NCBI GenBank assembly: GCA_951406725.2
Contig: OX597816.1
Location: 9,796,001 to 9,860,000, forward strand
DNA length: 64,000 bases
DNA from: Octopus vulgaris
Lineage: Eukaryota
Direction of reading: 5' to 3'
Under the pieces are notes generated by a model. It had not been told where the DNA came from and did not search any database. It saw nothing but the letters and a program-made list of their open reading frames with translations. Positions 1-12,966 of the stretch are shown in pieces. Both the position numbers and the translations under genes were made by a program. Numbering within the stretch: the stretch's first letter is position 1; every line of letters begins with the position of its first letter.

Positions 1-23
1 ACTGTGTAAAAAAGATAAATATT

Positions 24-230
24 CTTCTTTTATTTGTTTTTCAATCATTTGACTGCGGCCATGCTGTAGCACCGCCTTTAGTCGAGCAAATCGACCCCAG
101 GACTTATTCTTTGTAAGCCTAGTACTTATTATATCAGTCTCTCTTGCTGAACTGCTAAGTGACGGGGACGTAAACACACCAGCATCGGTTGTCAAGCGAT
201 GTTGGGGGGGGGACAAACACAGACACACAA

Positions 231-279
<49 letters not shown>

Positions 280-443
280 CGATGGGCTTCTTTCAGTTTC
301 CATCTATCAAATCCACTCACAAGGCTTCGATTGGCCCGAGGCTATAGTAGAAAACACTTGCCCGAGGTGCCATGCTATGGGACTGAACCTGGAACCATGT
401 GGTTGGGAAGCAAGCTACTTACCACACGGCCACTCCTGCGCCT
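24..443 (-). mobile_element. tRNA-derived SINE, family A (octopus OR-type/CORE-like), near full length
   Basis: On the minus strand: head AGGCGCAGGAGTGGCCGTGTGG (A-box-like), GGTTCAGTCCC (B-box-like), a GGGCAAGTG core-like block, an internal (TG)n/(TA)n tract and a tail ending CAGTCAAATGA..AAACAA. More than 15 homologous copies lie in the window. Confidence 0.9.
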
Positions 444-794
444 ATTATATCAGATATTTTGTTAAATGTTACATTAGTAATTGAAGATAAAATTCTGTAT
501 ATATCAGTAACAAAATGTTTTCTTCTGTGGTCATAACTCATTTTTAATTAAGGAGTAACCACACACACACACATTACAATGCAATAAAACAGAATAAGTG
601 GATTCTCTGGTGATTTTAATTCTCTGGTGATTATTCCTATTGTTTGAACAATGAAACTACTTAACTAATTACAGACAAGACTGTGTCATTAAGAATTTTG
701 TTTCCCAGTCAAATGGTTTGGGGTTCAGTCCCACTGTATGGCATCTGACCAAAACCTTGTCAGTGGATTTGGTGGATAGAAACTGAAAGAAACC

Positions 795-803
795 TGTGTG
801 TGT

Positions 804-869
<66 letters not shown>

Positions 870-950
870 TGTGTGTGTTTGTGTGTGTGTTTGTGTGTGT
901 GTGTTTGTGTGTGTGTTTGTGTGTGTGTGTGTTTGTGTGTGTGTGTATGT

Positions 951-987
<37 letters not shown>

Positions 988-992
988 GTGTG

Positions 993-1041
<49 letters not shown>

Positions 1042-1053
1042 CTGTGTGTGTTT

Positions 1054-1131
<78 letters not shown>

Positions 1132-1160
1132 TTGTGTGTGTGTGTTTGTGTGTGTGTGTG

Positions 1161-1242
<82 letters not shown>

Positions 1243-1262
1243 TTGTGTGTACATATGTGTGT
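795..1262. repeat. ~470 bp imperfect (TG)n microsatellite grown from the internal tract of a + strand family A SINE fragment (~705-795)
   Basis: Directly follows GTGGATTTGGTGGATAGAAACTGAAAGAAACC, the SINE A position just before the internal dinucleotide tract. Confidence 0.9.
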
Positions 1263-1660
1263 TTGAGTTTGTATTTCCCTTGTTTCTCGGAGTGTTCATG
1301 GATAGTGTTGTTTGCTTGCATCCACCATGAAAGCATGACTGAATTTCTTGACATGTCTTGGCTTGTTGTGTGATCTTTGTGGCTGTGTAGCCGGAAGTTT
1401 GCTTCCCAACCAATGGTTCCGGGTTCAGTCCCACTGTGAGGCACCCCAGGCCAATCAAAGCCTTGTGACTTTTTATTAATAATTGGCAGAAGTTATTGTC
1501 AAGGGCTGAGATTTTTGTGTGCCTTGGCACTTATCAAATGCATAAAACTCTCAGCCCCTGGGTCACGCTGTAACTTCTGCCAATTATTACATATCTATAC
1601 TCATGCTTCCTGTTTGCATCACCAAACCTATATGATATATATATATATATATATATATAT

Positions 1661-1885
1661 AGGGAGAGTTCACGAAAAAAATAAAAGATGAAGACAGATG
1701 GTGTACAAAACAAACAGATGTATTAGTATAACGCTCAGGAATAGAAAAAATCTTTTACGTTTTGAGTCTACGCTCTTCTACAGAAAGGGACACAGAAAAA
1801 AAAACACGGAGAGAAACAAGGAGAGAAAAAAAATGTGTGTAGTGGCTACCGATCTATCATGGCGACTGCCAGACAGAAGGGTCAT
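1661..1885 (-). mobile_element. Short repeat, probable Penelope-like element terminal remnant, abutting (TA)n
   Basis: Homologous to 34533-34760. Carries a degraded CTGTAGAAGAGCGTAGACTCAAAACGT motif on the minus strand. Confidence 0.55.
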
Positions 1886-1889
1886 ACAT

Positions 1890-2277
1890 TTTTCTTTTTT
1901 TAATTCTTTTATTTGTTTCAGTCATTTGACTGTGGCCATGCTGGAGCACTACCTTTTTAGTTGAACAAATTGACCCCTAGTACTTGTTCTATCAGTCTCT
2001 TTTGCCAAATCACTGACTTATGAGAATGTAAACCCACCAACATTGGTTGTCAAGCATTGATAAGGGAGAAAATAGACACACAAATACACACACACACACA
2101 CACATATACAATGGGCTTCTTTCAGTTTCTGTCTACCAAATCCACTCACAAGGCTTTGATTGGCCTGAGGCTATATAGAAGACACTTGCCCAAGGTGCCA
2201 CACAGTGGGATTGAACCTGGAACCATCATCATCATCATCGTAAACAAGCTACTTATCACACAACCACTCCTGTGCCT
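1890..2277 (-). mobile_element. SINE family A
   Basis: Homology to the other family A copies from tail to tRNA head. Confidence 0.85.
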
Positions 2278-2285
2278 ACATACAT

Positions 2286-2507
2286 ATTTCTTTACTACCC
2301 ACAAGGGGCTACACACAGAGAGGACAAACAAGGACAGACAAACGGATTAAGTCGATTATATCGCCCCCAATGCGTAACTGGTACTTATTTAATCGACCCC
2401 GAGAGGATGAAAGGCAAAGTCGACCTCGGCGGAATTTGAACTCGGAACGTAGCGGCAGACGAAATACGGCTAAGCATTCGCCCGGCGTGCTAACGTTTCT
2501 GCCAGCT
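2286..2507 (-). mobile_element. tRNA-derived SINE, family B (tail type i)
   Basis: Sense strand has GAGTTCAAATTCC (B-box), a GTCGACTTTGCCTTTCATCC core and a tail ending CCCCTTGTGGGTAGTAAAGAAAT. Confidence 0.88.
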
Positions 2508-3108
2508 ACACACACTCACACACATTATACACCTGCACACATATATATGTTTTGAAGCTTCTATCTCACCATTCTTTTCACCACAACACTTTAACCCTGT
2601 TATCCTAACTGCATCATTTTTTCTGGTTGTTTCATGTATATCTCTATTGCCCTCCCTGTCCAAATTTTTAATCTTTCTTCATCTCTTCACCTCCTTCAGT
2701 TCTTAACCCCTTACACCCCACCTCTCGCTTGGCAATTCCCATCCTCACCTAATCAATACATCATCTTCACTTTATATTCCTCATTTCCTTACTCTCAGAC
2801 AAATGACCAAAACAATGCAACATATTCTGCAGGATTCATGACAAATAAATTTCACCAATTTTTCATATCTTGTATTGACTGATTTTTTACCAATACAGAC
2901 CATTTCCTTTTATTCCAGGCTTTTTGCCTATTTTAATATTACATTAATGAAGCTATATTATGTTGTTGAACTTCTAATTTTTTTCTTTTACATAGAATTG
3001 GTGTTTAAAAGTTTGGTAGCGTAGCAAAATGACTCTCAAAACTTTGGCAGCTGTGTGAACTGGTTGTTAAATCTTGGCAGCTCACCATTGGACACACACA
3101 CACACGAA

Positions 3109-3145
<37 letters not shown>

Positions 3146-3155
3146 TGTGTGTGTC

Positions 3156-3261
<106 letters not shown>

Positions 3262-3713
3262 CACACACACACACACACATATGTACTGTTTTCCTCTTTT
3301 ACTAGTTAGAGTTTATGATTTTTCTTCATTAGCTTTTCAATTTTAATTTTTTTTTTTGCTTTGTTTTCTTTTGAAAATATCATTTTATTAAAATCTTTCT
3401 AAATGGCATCCTGATTTGTAACTGACATTTCGACTTGTATCAAAGTTATTAGATACAAATCAAAATAGAATAATATTGGATGAATTCCATTTTTAAACCG
3501 ATGTAGAATATGTCATTGACCTTTCTAGGAGGAGACTTTCAATGGAAGAATATATTTCTATACATTGAATTTCAGATGTGGATATTGGTTGGATAAGATC
3601 TGCATATAGAATGAAGATGCTAGTCCCAGGGTTTTTAGAAGAGGATTCATGTAGATTTTGGTAAATGTGGGTTTGGTAGATGTGAATCTCTCTCTCTCTC
3701 TCTCTTTGCACAT

Positions 3714-4110
3714 TGGCAGGGTTATGGTTGTGTGGTAAGAAGCTTACTTTCCAAATACTTGGTTCCTGATTCAGTCCCAGTACATGGCACCTTGGGTAAA
3801 TGACTTCTGCTATGGCCTTGGGTCGACCAAAGTCTTGTGAAGAGATATGGTAGGTGGAAACTGAAAGAAGCTTGAAATGTGTGTGTTTTTGTGTGTATGT
3901 GTGTGGGTGTGTGTGTGTGTTTGTCCCCCAACATCGCTTGACAGACAGTGTTGGTCCCTGTAACTTAGCAGTTTGGCAAAATAGTCTGATAGAAACAAGT
4001 ATCAGGCTTCAGAAAAGTAAGTATTGAGGGGGGGGGGTTGATTCGTTTGACAAAGATTCTTCAAGCGGGGCTGTAGTCTAATGACTGAAGCAAATGAAAG
4101 ACAGAAAATA
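3714..4110 (+). mobile_element. SINE family A, diverged
   Basis: GGCAGGGTTATGGTTGTGTGGTAAG head through CTGTAGTCTAATGACTGAAGCAA tail. Confidence 0.8.
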
Positions 4111-4636
4111 AAGCAGTAGGAACTGGAGTCTTTCAATCCAATAGCTGGATGCAAAAAGGACACCTGGTTGATGATGTTATCCAATATTCCCATTTACATT
4201 CATTATGTTGATAGGTATATAATGTAGGGTAGCTATGAATCTCTACAGCAAAACACCTGTTACTGTCCCCCTGTCATGCTTCAGCTTCTCCACACTGAAC
4301 ATAAAACTCTCTCTCTCTCTCTCTCTGTTATACCTACCTTCAGGTAAAGGTGTATTTTATCTAGTGAGTTACTTGGCAACTTCATTATGGCTTGTGCCAT
4401 AAAAAAGAATGTGACCAATATCCTCTGGTTGGCATTTGGAAGACCAGCCAACAATAGAAAATCCTGCCATAATACACATCAGAACTGTTACCAAACCCTG
4501 TTGAATCATTCTACTCATGCCAGAACAAGAAAGGTAGATGCTAAATGATGGAATGATGATAATGGTTTATTAATGATTAACTGTTTGAAGAATTCAACCT
4601 TAATGTTTTTGATATCAATCTGCCTGAGAGCCTACC

Positions 4637-5052
4637 TTTACTCTTTTACTCTTTTACTTGTTTCAGTCATTCGACTGCGGCCATGCTGGAGCACCGCCTT
4701 TAGTCAAGCAAATCGACCCCGGGACTTATTCTTTGTAAGCCCAGTACTTATTCTATCGGTCTCTTTTGCCGAACCGCTAAGTGACGGGGACGTAAACACA
4801 CCAGCATCGGTTGTCAAGCAATGCTAGGAGGACAAACACAGACACACAAACACACACACACATACACACACATATATATACATATATACGACAGGCTTCT
4901 TTCAGTTTCCATCTACCAAATCCACTCACAAGGCATTGGTCGGCCCAGGGCTATAGCAGAAGACACTTGCCTAAGATGCCACGCAGTGGGACTGAACCCG
5001 GAACCATGTGGTTGGTTAGCAAGCTACTTACCACACAGCCACTCCTGTGTCT
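4637..5052 (-). mobile_element. SINE family A, young full-length copy
   Basis: (TTTTACTC)n tail on the + strand, intact body and head. Very similar to 17513, 35873 and 52817 copies. Confidence 0.92.
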
Positions 5053-5227
5053 GTTTTATAATTTTTTTTTTGATACACATATCCTGTTTTAAAATGAGCT
5101 GGATTAAAACTTTTCATCAAAATTTCCTTTTAATTTGTTCCAGACACCAGCTTAATTATGACAATGTTATTTTACTAAATTCTTCAATAGTCTCAAATTA
5201 TCTGAAGTGAAGTAAAGATTCAATAAT

Positions 5228-5588
5228 ATTTTCTCCTAGAAGCACAAGGTCTCAAAATTGAGGGAAGGGATTAAGTCGATTACATCAACCCCAGTGCATA
5301 ACTGGTACTTATTTAATCGACACTGGTAGAATTTGAACTCAGAATGTAGTGGAAGACAAAATACTTATTTCTTTACTACCCACAAGAGGGTAAACACAGA
5401 GAGGACAAACAAGGACAGACAAATGGATTAAGTCGATTATATTGACCCCAGTGTGTAACTGGTACTTAATTTACCGACCCCGAAAGGATGAAAGGCAAAG
5501 TCTACCTCGGCGGAATTTGAACTCAGAACAATGGCAGACGAAATACTGCTAAGCATTTTACCTGATGTGCTAACGATTCTGCCTTAGG
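5228..5588 (-). mobile_element. Two tandem SINE family B copies
   Basis: GAATTTGAACTCAGAA and AACTGGTACTTA blocks each occur twice. Confidence 0.8.
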
Positions 5589-6350
5589 TAAAGCTTTAAT
5601 AATATTTATTTCCAATGAAGTATTACTGCTGAACCCAGATGTTTCAATCAAAGAGAAAGTGTCTTATCTTAACATTTGGCTTAACTCAAATTTTATGTCA
5701 CAAGTTTTTCCAACAATGTTTCTGTGGTGAAAATGGCCTTTGAAGTATTAGCACCCATTCATAACCTGAAGGTGTTGATAAAAGCTATGAATTCTAACTA
5801 TAATAAATGTGATAATTATACCAAACTCATAGATAATAATATTGATTTCATTTTCTTTGTGTACAAGGCCAACACTTGAGGAGATGAGTTGGTCAATTAA
5901 TCCACACCAATATATTATTGCTATTCATTTTTGCAACCTTGGCAGAAAATGACCCGGCAGTTAGGAAGTTTGCTTTGCATTCATGCTGTTCTAGGTTCAA
6001 TCCTATTAAAGTGCACCTCAGATTATTTTTTTCCATTATAGTCTCAGTTGACCACTATCTTGTGAATGGAATCAGTAAATATAAACATTGTGCAAACATA
6101 TAATTATACATACATATATATATATGATTAATCAAAGGACATATTAAGTATGTCTACCTGCTGGAAATAACAGTCAAAACTCTGATTTAATCTCATAAAT
6201 GGTTTAGCTTTATGGCATATCATCAGATCCCAAAAAGCAACAGGTTTTAGGGATCTGATATGCCATAAAGCTAAACCCATTATGGAAAGGAAACCTAAGG
6301 TAATCCCATAAACTGGCCTGCCCCACTTTTAAAATATATAAATATGTATG

Positions 6351-6394
<44 letters not shown>

Positions 6395-6397
<3 letters not shown>

Positions 6398-6561
6398 CAC
6401 TCCTGGAGTGGTTGGCGTTGGAAAGGGCATCCAGCTGTAGAAACTCTGCCAAATCAGATTGGAGTCTGGTGCAGCCATCTGGTTTTCCAGACCTCAGTCA
6501 AATCATCCAACCCATGCTAGCATGGAAAGCGGACATTAAACGATGATGATGATGATGATGA
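6395..6561 (+). mobile_element. Retroelement 3' end, family C (RTE-like tail) with (GAT)n terminus
   Basis: GGAGTGGTTGGCGTTGGAAAGGGCATCCAGCTGTAGAAAC...CATGCTAGCATGGAAAGCGGACATTAAACGATGATGATG. RTE assignment is recalled family knowledge. Confidence 0.75.
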
Positions 6562-7672
6562 GTGTGTGTGTGTGTATTTGTTTATTTTGCATTCATATCT
6601 TCCTAGCTACATGGTTTCGGGTTCAGTCCCACTGCGTGGCACTTTGGGTAGGTGTCTTCCACTATAGCCCCGAGCCGACCGGAGCTTTGTGATTGAATTC
6701 GGTAGGTGGAGGTTACTGCCGTGTGTGTATGTGTGCGTATAGCTGCTCAGTGCCTCTCCGAAAGAGAGAGAGAGGATTTTTCCCATGCTAACATGTGTTA
6801 GACAAATATAATATTGAGGTCTTGTTTTACTGCTGGATGTCCATCTTGTCTCTTACCTGTTTTTCAAGTAAAGGATCTCTCATTCCGTATGGCCATGCAG
6901 AGCCAGTGGACGATGTGTTGATAAGGGAAATGGCAACTATGTCAACGTTTGTAGCTCAGTGATTTTTGGAAAAGTCCAAATGTAAGCAGACACACTTGCA
7001 ACATGCACAGATGCACTCACATGTGCAGACACACTTGCACATACACATGTGCATATGTGTGTGTGTGGTTTGTTTTAGTTTCTGTCTCCCAAGTCAACTC
7101 AAAGCTTTGGTTGACCCTGGGCTATAGGAAGAGACACTTGCTCAATGTGCCGGGCAGTGGATATGAGTTCATGCTTGTTGACATAGCATGAGTGCTCTCC
7201 ACAAGAGCATTTGATTGTGCATACACACACAAACACACACTCACATAACTACATATATTTGCTCATGCACATATATATACACACCCGAGTGCATAAAACA
7301 ACTGTTATGGTACTATAAACTTAAGCATGACTGTTTTAAGCAGGGTTGTTTACCAAAGTAGTTCACTTGTATTAGTAATTAATTCAAGTAAATTAAAATT
7401 AAAAACAAAGATACAATTGTAAAAAAATTATTAAAAAAACTTTTTTCTTTTCAAGTAAATTTAAATTTTAAATTTCATTTGGCTTAAAAGAATTAATCAT
7501 CATCATCATCACTAATACTCTGGCTTTAATTTTGTCGTCACCAGCATTTTACTATCTTCCATATCATCACCACAATCATCATCTTTGTCATCGTTAGTGT
7601 TATCACTATGTCGATACTAATTATCATGGTGATGATCATCATTATTAAAATCTTCCTTGTTGTTATTATTAT

Positions 7673-8340
7673 TAAGGCAAAAAGGCAGAGAGCAGGCAGA
7701 ATTGTTAGCACGCTGGGTGAAATGTTTAGCAGTCTGCCGCTACGTTCTGAGTTCAAATTCTGCTGAGATCAACTTTGCCTTTTATCCTTTCAGGGTCAAT
7801 AAATTAAGTACTAATTATATACTGGGGTTGATCTAATCGACTAGCCCCCTTCCCCCAAATTTCGGGCCTTGTGCCTATAGTGGAAAAGATTATTATTAAG
7901 ACAATGTGATGGCAGAATCACTACCACATCTGATAAACTGCTTAATGGTGTTTCTTCTAGATCTTTACAATCAGAGTTCAAATCCTGCCAAAGCCAGTTT
8001 TATCTTTTATTCTACTAGGGTCAATAAAATAAAGTACCAGATATATACTGGGGGCAATTTGAGCTATTAGTCCCTCCCTCAAAGTTTCAGGCTTAGTACC
8101 TGTAGCAGAAGGTTTATTACGAAGATAGTAAGCTGGCAGAAACATTAGTAAATCGAACTAAATGCCTAGCAACATTGCATTTGGCTCTATACGTTCTATG
8201 TTCAAATGCCACTGAGGTCAACGTTGCCTTTCATCCTTTGAGGGTTGATAAGATAAAATACCAGTCAAGTACTGAATTCAATGTAATCAATTAGCCCCCT
8301 CCCGCTTAAATTGTTGGCCTTGTGTCGAAATTAAGAACAA
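7673..8340 (+). mobile_element. Head-to-tail array of three SINE family B copies (tail type ii)
   Basis: Three successive GGCAGAA..GTTCAAAT..AAGTACC/AAATACC..CCCT units joined by short (TTA)-rich spacers. Confidence 0.8.
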
Positions 8341-8627
8341 CCTTGATCATCATCATCATCATCATCACCATCTTACTCACCAGTGTCATCATTATCATCA
8401 GTGTTGGTGTCATCATTTTTCAAATTTGTAATCATTTTCGTTATCGTTATCACCATCATTATTATCATCAATCATTAGCATCATCTTTGTCATCACCGTT
8501 GTCACCATTATGACTATCATTACGGATATCATCATCATCATCATCATCGTCATTTCATCAATAATTTTCTGTTTGTATTTTCTTTTTTTTTTCTCTTTTT
8601 CTCTTTTTTTTTTGTTTTCCCTTATAC

Positions 8628-8676
8628 CTTCATTAGTTAAGCAGAAATCTATCCCCAACCCAGCTGCCGTCCACCA
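8628..8676 (-). CDS. Candidate 49-nt internal exon (WWTAAGLGIDFCLTNE-G), product unknown
   Basis: Acceptor CTTTCATTTCAG and donor GAAG|GTATAA on the minus strand. One open frame, in an island more GC-rich than its low-complexity flanks. No homology recognised. Confidence 0.3.
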
Positions 8677-9914
8677 CTGAAATGAAAGTCCTGGTTACAA
8701 CAAATTGCATTAAACGAAAATGACATTTTCTCATTAATACTATTGGTTTACATTAGTAGTGAAAGCAATGACCAAATCATAACGATTCCTACGATGATTA
8801 TGATGATGATGATGAGAAAGAGGAGAAGATAGAGGATAGAGGCTAATACTGCTGATGATGGTCATACATTGATTTGTGCAGGTAATATGAACTATTAATA
8901 TAATAATCTTTCATATCATTAACATGGAAGATGGACCAAAATTGATAGCTCTTCTAATAGATAGAGTTTCATATGAATTTGTTTCTGTTTTCGATTTTCT
9001 TTTTCGTTTTTTCTAAATATTTAGTATTTGCATCTTGTTTGACTTGAAGAAGTAGAAGAGTAAAAGGACAAATATTAGGGTGAGGTGGGTGTTAGGCACT
9101 GGTGCCAGAAGCTAAATCCTGCCATAAATTTAGTAGAATGCTTGGTTTTGATATCATGTATACATTGTAAGAAATATTCCTGCAAAGATCTGTGCGAATA
9201 TGTGATAATATAGTCTTAATCCTTTTGATACCAGCTTAAATGAGACAGCTGCATGATGTATGATATGATACAAAATTCAGATTTTATAATGATCAAAATT
9301 TAAATTTTCCATCATAATTTAATATTGATTTGTGTTTGAAACAATCAGATTAATAGTGAGTTAATTTCTATATTTTTTCACTGCCTATGTAAAGAAATTA
9401 GAAATACAAAAGGGACCTCTATTGAAACATTAAAAAAAAAATACATTGGATAAACTCTTAAGGATGATACTGGTCCAGCCAGCCATTCAATGATACACTC
9501 AGAGATTAGCAGTTTCAAACTCAAGTTCCAGCCAAGGACAGACAAAGGGATAAATTAAGCTGGTACTTAATTTATCGACTCCAAAAGGATGAAAAGCAAA
9601 GTCAACCTTAGCAGAATTTGAACTCAGAACGTAATGGTAGACGAAATACCGCTAAGCATTTCGCCCAGTGTGATAACATTTCTGCCAGCTCGCTGCCTTC
9701 ACCATGTTTCTGTTGAGATATATTGCTTTCTGTTTCAGTTAATTATGGAAAAAAAGAAGAATTTAGTAAAATAACTCATTAATACACTGGAGTAGGAATT
9801 AACCTGAAAGTTTGTTGAAAACTTAATTCAAATCACTTTAAAGCATTAAATTTGTATCAAAGTTAAGTGGGGGTCAGCATGATTAAACCCAGTTAGTCTA
9901 CATTACTTACATAA

Positions 9915-10130
9915 GGACCATAGGGCCAGTTTTCTAGTTTCTCTGGTGTATATATTCCTCCTTGGATGAGACGCTGGTCTGTCACTCATTTTTACCTTTT
10001 GAGTGGACTGGAGCAACATGAAATGAAGTGATTTGCTCAAGAACACAATGCATTGCCCAGTCCAGGAATTGAAACCACAATCTTATGATCTTGAGTCCAA
10101 CATTCTTACCACTAAGTCATGTGCCTCCAC
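9915..10130 (-). mobile_element. tRNA-derived SINE, family E, diverged
   Basis: Sense head GTGGAGGCACATGACTTAGTGGTAAG...GGTTTCAATTCC followed by TGTGTTCTTGAGCAAA. Related to 41375-41491. Confidence 0.7.
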
Positions 10131-10979
10131 TAGTAAATTGTAGATACATGCTTTATTGACTTTTAAGAGACAAAAATAAATGTTAGCTTCAGCAAAATAG
10201 AAAAAGTCAACAGCCATTAGAATGCAGATCATGTCTGCATCTCATTGTCTCTCAGGGAGTAATGAGTAGTTATAAATTGAAAGAAATAGTAATGAGATGA
10301 CATTCACAACATAACTGTCTGGAGACCAGCGTTATAATTTATATAAATGATATTGACATTGGTGCTTCCTCTTTACAAAACTATCAAAATTTGCTGCTTT
10401 GACCAAGATATTGATGCACAATAAGTGTTTGGTCTTAAACCTACAACAGAATGTGATCTGAGTACAACAGCTAATTGATCCTTGGTCATGAGGTGAAAAT
10501 AGTACAAAGGATATTTCAGCCTGTCAGTTGGAATTTTTTCTTCGTTTCTCTTTTATTGTTTGGATCTAGAAAATTCATTGTCAGGTTCAGTAAAAATGCA
10601 AATATATTTACTTTGTAAGAAAGAATTTTTCCGAAAGATGAATAAAAATGAGAGACTATGAAATTGGCCTTTATACATGTTTCAGCCTCGTAATATCTCA
10701 TCAGCAATAGCTAACTCTTGCATCACTGATTAACCTCCCTCCTCCCTCTCTCTCATTTATATATATATATTTACATATATATATACACACACACATGTAT
10801 ATGTATGTATGATTGCATGTATAGATTGTTTGAAGTGGTGTACATACGTATTTTATAAATTAAGAAAAGGAAGATAAATCAGAATTTTGGTTATCAAAAA
10901 ATTTGACAACCTCCTTTTCCTTTATATCATATGTGTGTGTTTGGAAATACAAATGAGGGGAAAATAGAAGTCAATAGTC

Positions 10980-11301
10980 CATAATCTGTTGTGTCTGGGG
11001 AGAGTCATTTTCTTTTTGTGCCTTATAATGTAACACACTCACCGGTAAAATTTCTACTTATTTCTTATTTTTATTGTCCTAAAATTTTCATTGCGTCTTT
11101 TCAATAGTCTTGAGAGTCAAGGGTATTGAAAAGGTTGCAAGAAAATTTTAGGACAATAAAAATAAGAAATAAGTAGAAATTTTACTGGTGAATGTGTTAC
11201 ATTATAAGGTACTAAAAGAAAATGACTCTCCCCAGACACAACAGATTATGCTTCAACACACGAACTCATATAAAGAATCTTGCAAACCAAATCCAAAAAC
11301 G
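10980..11301. mobile_element. Foldback insertion: ~270 bp hairpin (arms ~125 bp) plus a ~50 bp unique tail
   Basis: CATAATCTGTTGTGTCTGGGGAGAGTCATTTTC... is inverted at ...GAAAATGACTCTCCCCAGACACAACAGATTATG. AATAGTCCATAA occurs on both sides (10973-10984 and 11303-11314). Confidence 0.8.
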
Positions 11302-12171
11302 AAATAGTCCATAAGTTTTTTAATTTTAGTTGGCAGAAATTAAAAAGCAACTCAAATGTTGATTAATATAAGTTTGCTCCCCATCCATGTAGTTTTGGAT
11401 TCAGTCCCACTGTGTGTCACCTTGGGCAAGTGTTTTCTACTACTGCTCTGGGCAAAGCAAATCCTTGCAAGTGGACGGAAGTTGAAAAAAGTTTATCTTT
11501 CTTCAGTTTTCTTTAACAATTTGTCATGTGTGTATGTACCTGCCATCTTGACATCACTTAATAGTTGTAAGCAAGCATCATTGTCATACAATGATGTTGT
11601 TCATTTGTTCTGTGCAGAACATGTATGGCCATGGGGGAATATTACCTTGCTTGGAACAGGTAGAGATTGGAGATAGGAAGGGCATAGAAAAGCCATAGAA
11701 AATCTTCTTCAACGAATTGTCTGACTCATGCAAGCATGGGGAAGTGGATGATAAATGATGTGTGTATGCATACATGTTTCTAGAAACTGCTAATAAACTG
11801 GGACATCAGACAATACCATGTGGCATTCAAGTCTGGATCAGTTACTCTGACTTCCTTTGTCCTTCTTGCCATCAGAAATGCAGTGAACCTGTGATTGGTC
11901 TATTAGGAAACTATAAACCAGTGACATTACTGTTCATAAAATGCATGTTATACAGAAATTCTTGAAGTTAGTACTAGTGATGAGAAGAATACTAATTGGA
12001 ATCTACTGCCAATTGCGAACAGGATTGGCATCAATTATTTCCAGTTAAACAGTATATCTTTGAAAAGAAATTGTGGTTAATAGAGATGACCTGGACTTAA
12101 GTATGTTTTGGTTTAACTGAATGACAACACTTTAATATGATTTTCATACAAAAATTAGCTGTTTGTCTTAA

Positions 12172-12391
12172 CCCTTTCGTTGCTGTATTTCTGTTGAGAT
12201 GCTCTGTGTTTCTTCCAATTACTTTAAGTATAACAAAGAATTTAGTAAAATAATTTTGTTATCATTCAGCTATTGTTAGGAACGTAAATTGTGATTAAGG
12301 TTTGGTGGAAGATTTTAATTCAAAACTTATGAAAACAAGACATTTGTACTCAGAGCCAGAGCCGGTTTCAGCTGGGTTGGTAATGAAAGGG
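12172..12391. mobile_element. piggyBac-type MITE (family P1)
   Basis: TTAA|CCCTTTCGTT...AATGAAAGGG|ATAA. Homologous to 12746 and 40957. Confidence 0.85.
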
Positions 12392-12745
12392 ATAATGCCT
12401 TGATTTTTCAATACCAACCTCCTTGAGACTGCCCTTGGTTCTGTGATTCAAACCTCCTGTTTCGAAGTGCTGTAAATTATAAACTCCTATCAAAATTTCA
12501 TGTTAATATATGTTCTGAACACCACTTCGAAAATTTTATTTTACTAAATTCTTCATTTACAGAATTATTTGAAACAAAAGTAGTGTATATTTCACCATCA
12601 TCACCACTTAACATCTATGTCCCATGCTATTGTAGGGTGGATGGTTTGACAGAATCCTACAAGCCCAAGGACTGTATTTTGCTCCATAGTCTACTTTGAT
12701 ATTGTTTTCATGACTGGATTTCCTTCATAATGCCAGCCACTTTAA

Positions 12746-12966
12746 CCCTTTTGTTACTGTATTTATTTTGAGATGCTCTGTGTTTCATTCAATTAATTTA
12801 TATATAACAAAGAGTTTAGTAAAAGAACTTAGTTATTATTAAGCTAGTGTTGGGAACATAGATTGTGACTAAGGTTTGGTGGAAGATTTTAATTCAATAC
12901 TTATGAAAACAAGACATCGGTACTACAGAGCTAGAGGCGGTTTTGGCCGGATTGGTATCAAAAGGG
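12746..12966. mobile_element. piggyBac-type MITE (family P1)
   Basis: TTAA|CCCTTTTGTTAC...GTATCAAAAGGG|TTAA, with a perfect TTAA TSD. Confidence 0.9.

Noticed and set aside
725-1530. Long ORFs (156-256 aa) of HT/CV dipeptides, and similar YI/HT/CV ORFs across the window
   Set aside because: They are translations of (CA)n/(TG)n/(TA)n microsatellites, which lack stop codons.
3575-3661. Possible + strand exon (DVDIGWIRSAYRMKMLVPGFLEEDSCRFW), plus short AG...GT pairs at 22865-22889 and 52473-52497
   Set aside because: Splice-like dinucleotides are common in AT-rich DNA, and no homology or consistent chain of exons was recognised.
4811-5210. Recurrent 'MLGGQTQTH...GTEPGTMWL' ORFs that look like a gene family
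   Set aside because: They are antisense translations of the family A SINE, and frames are not conserved between copies.
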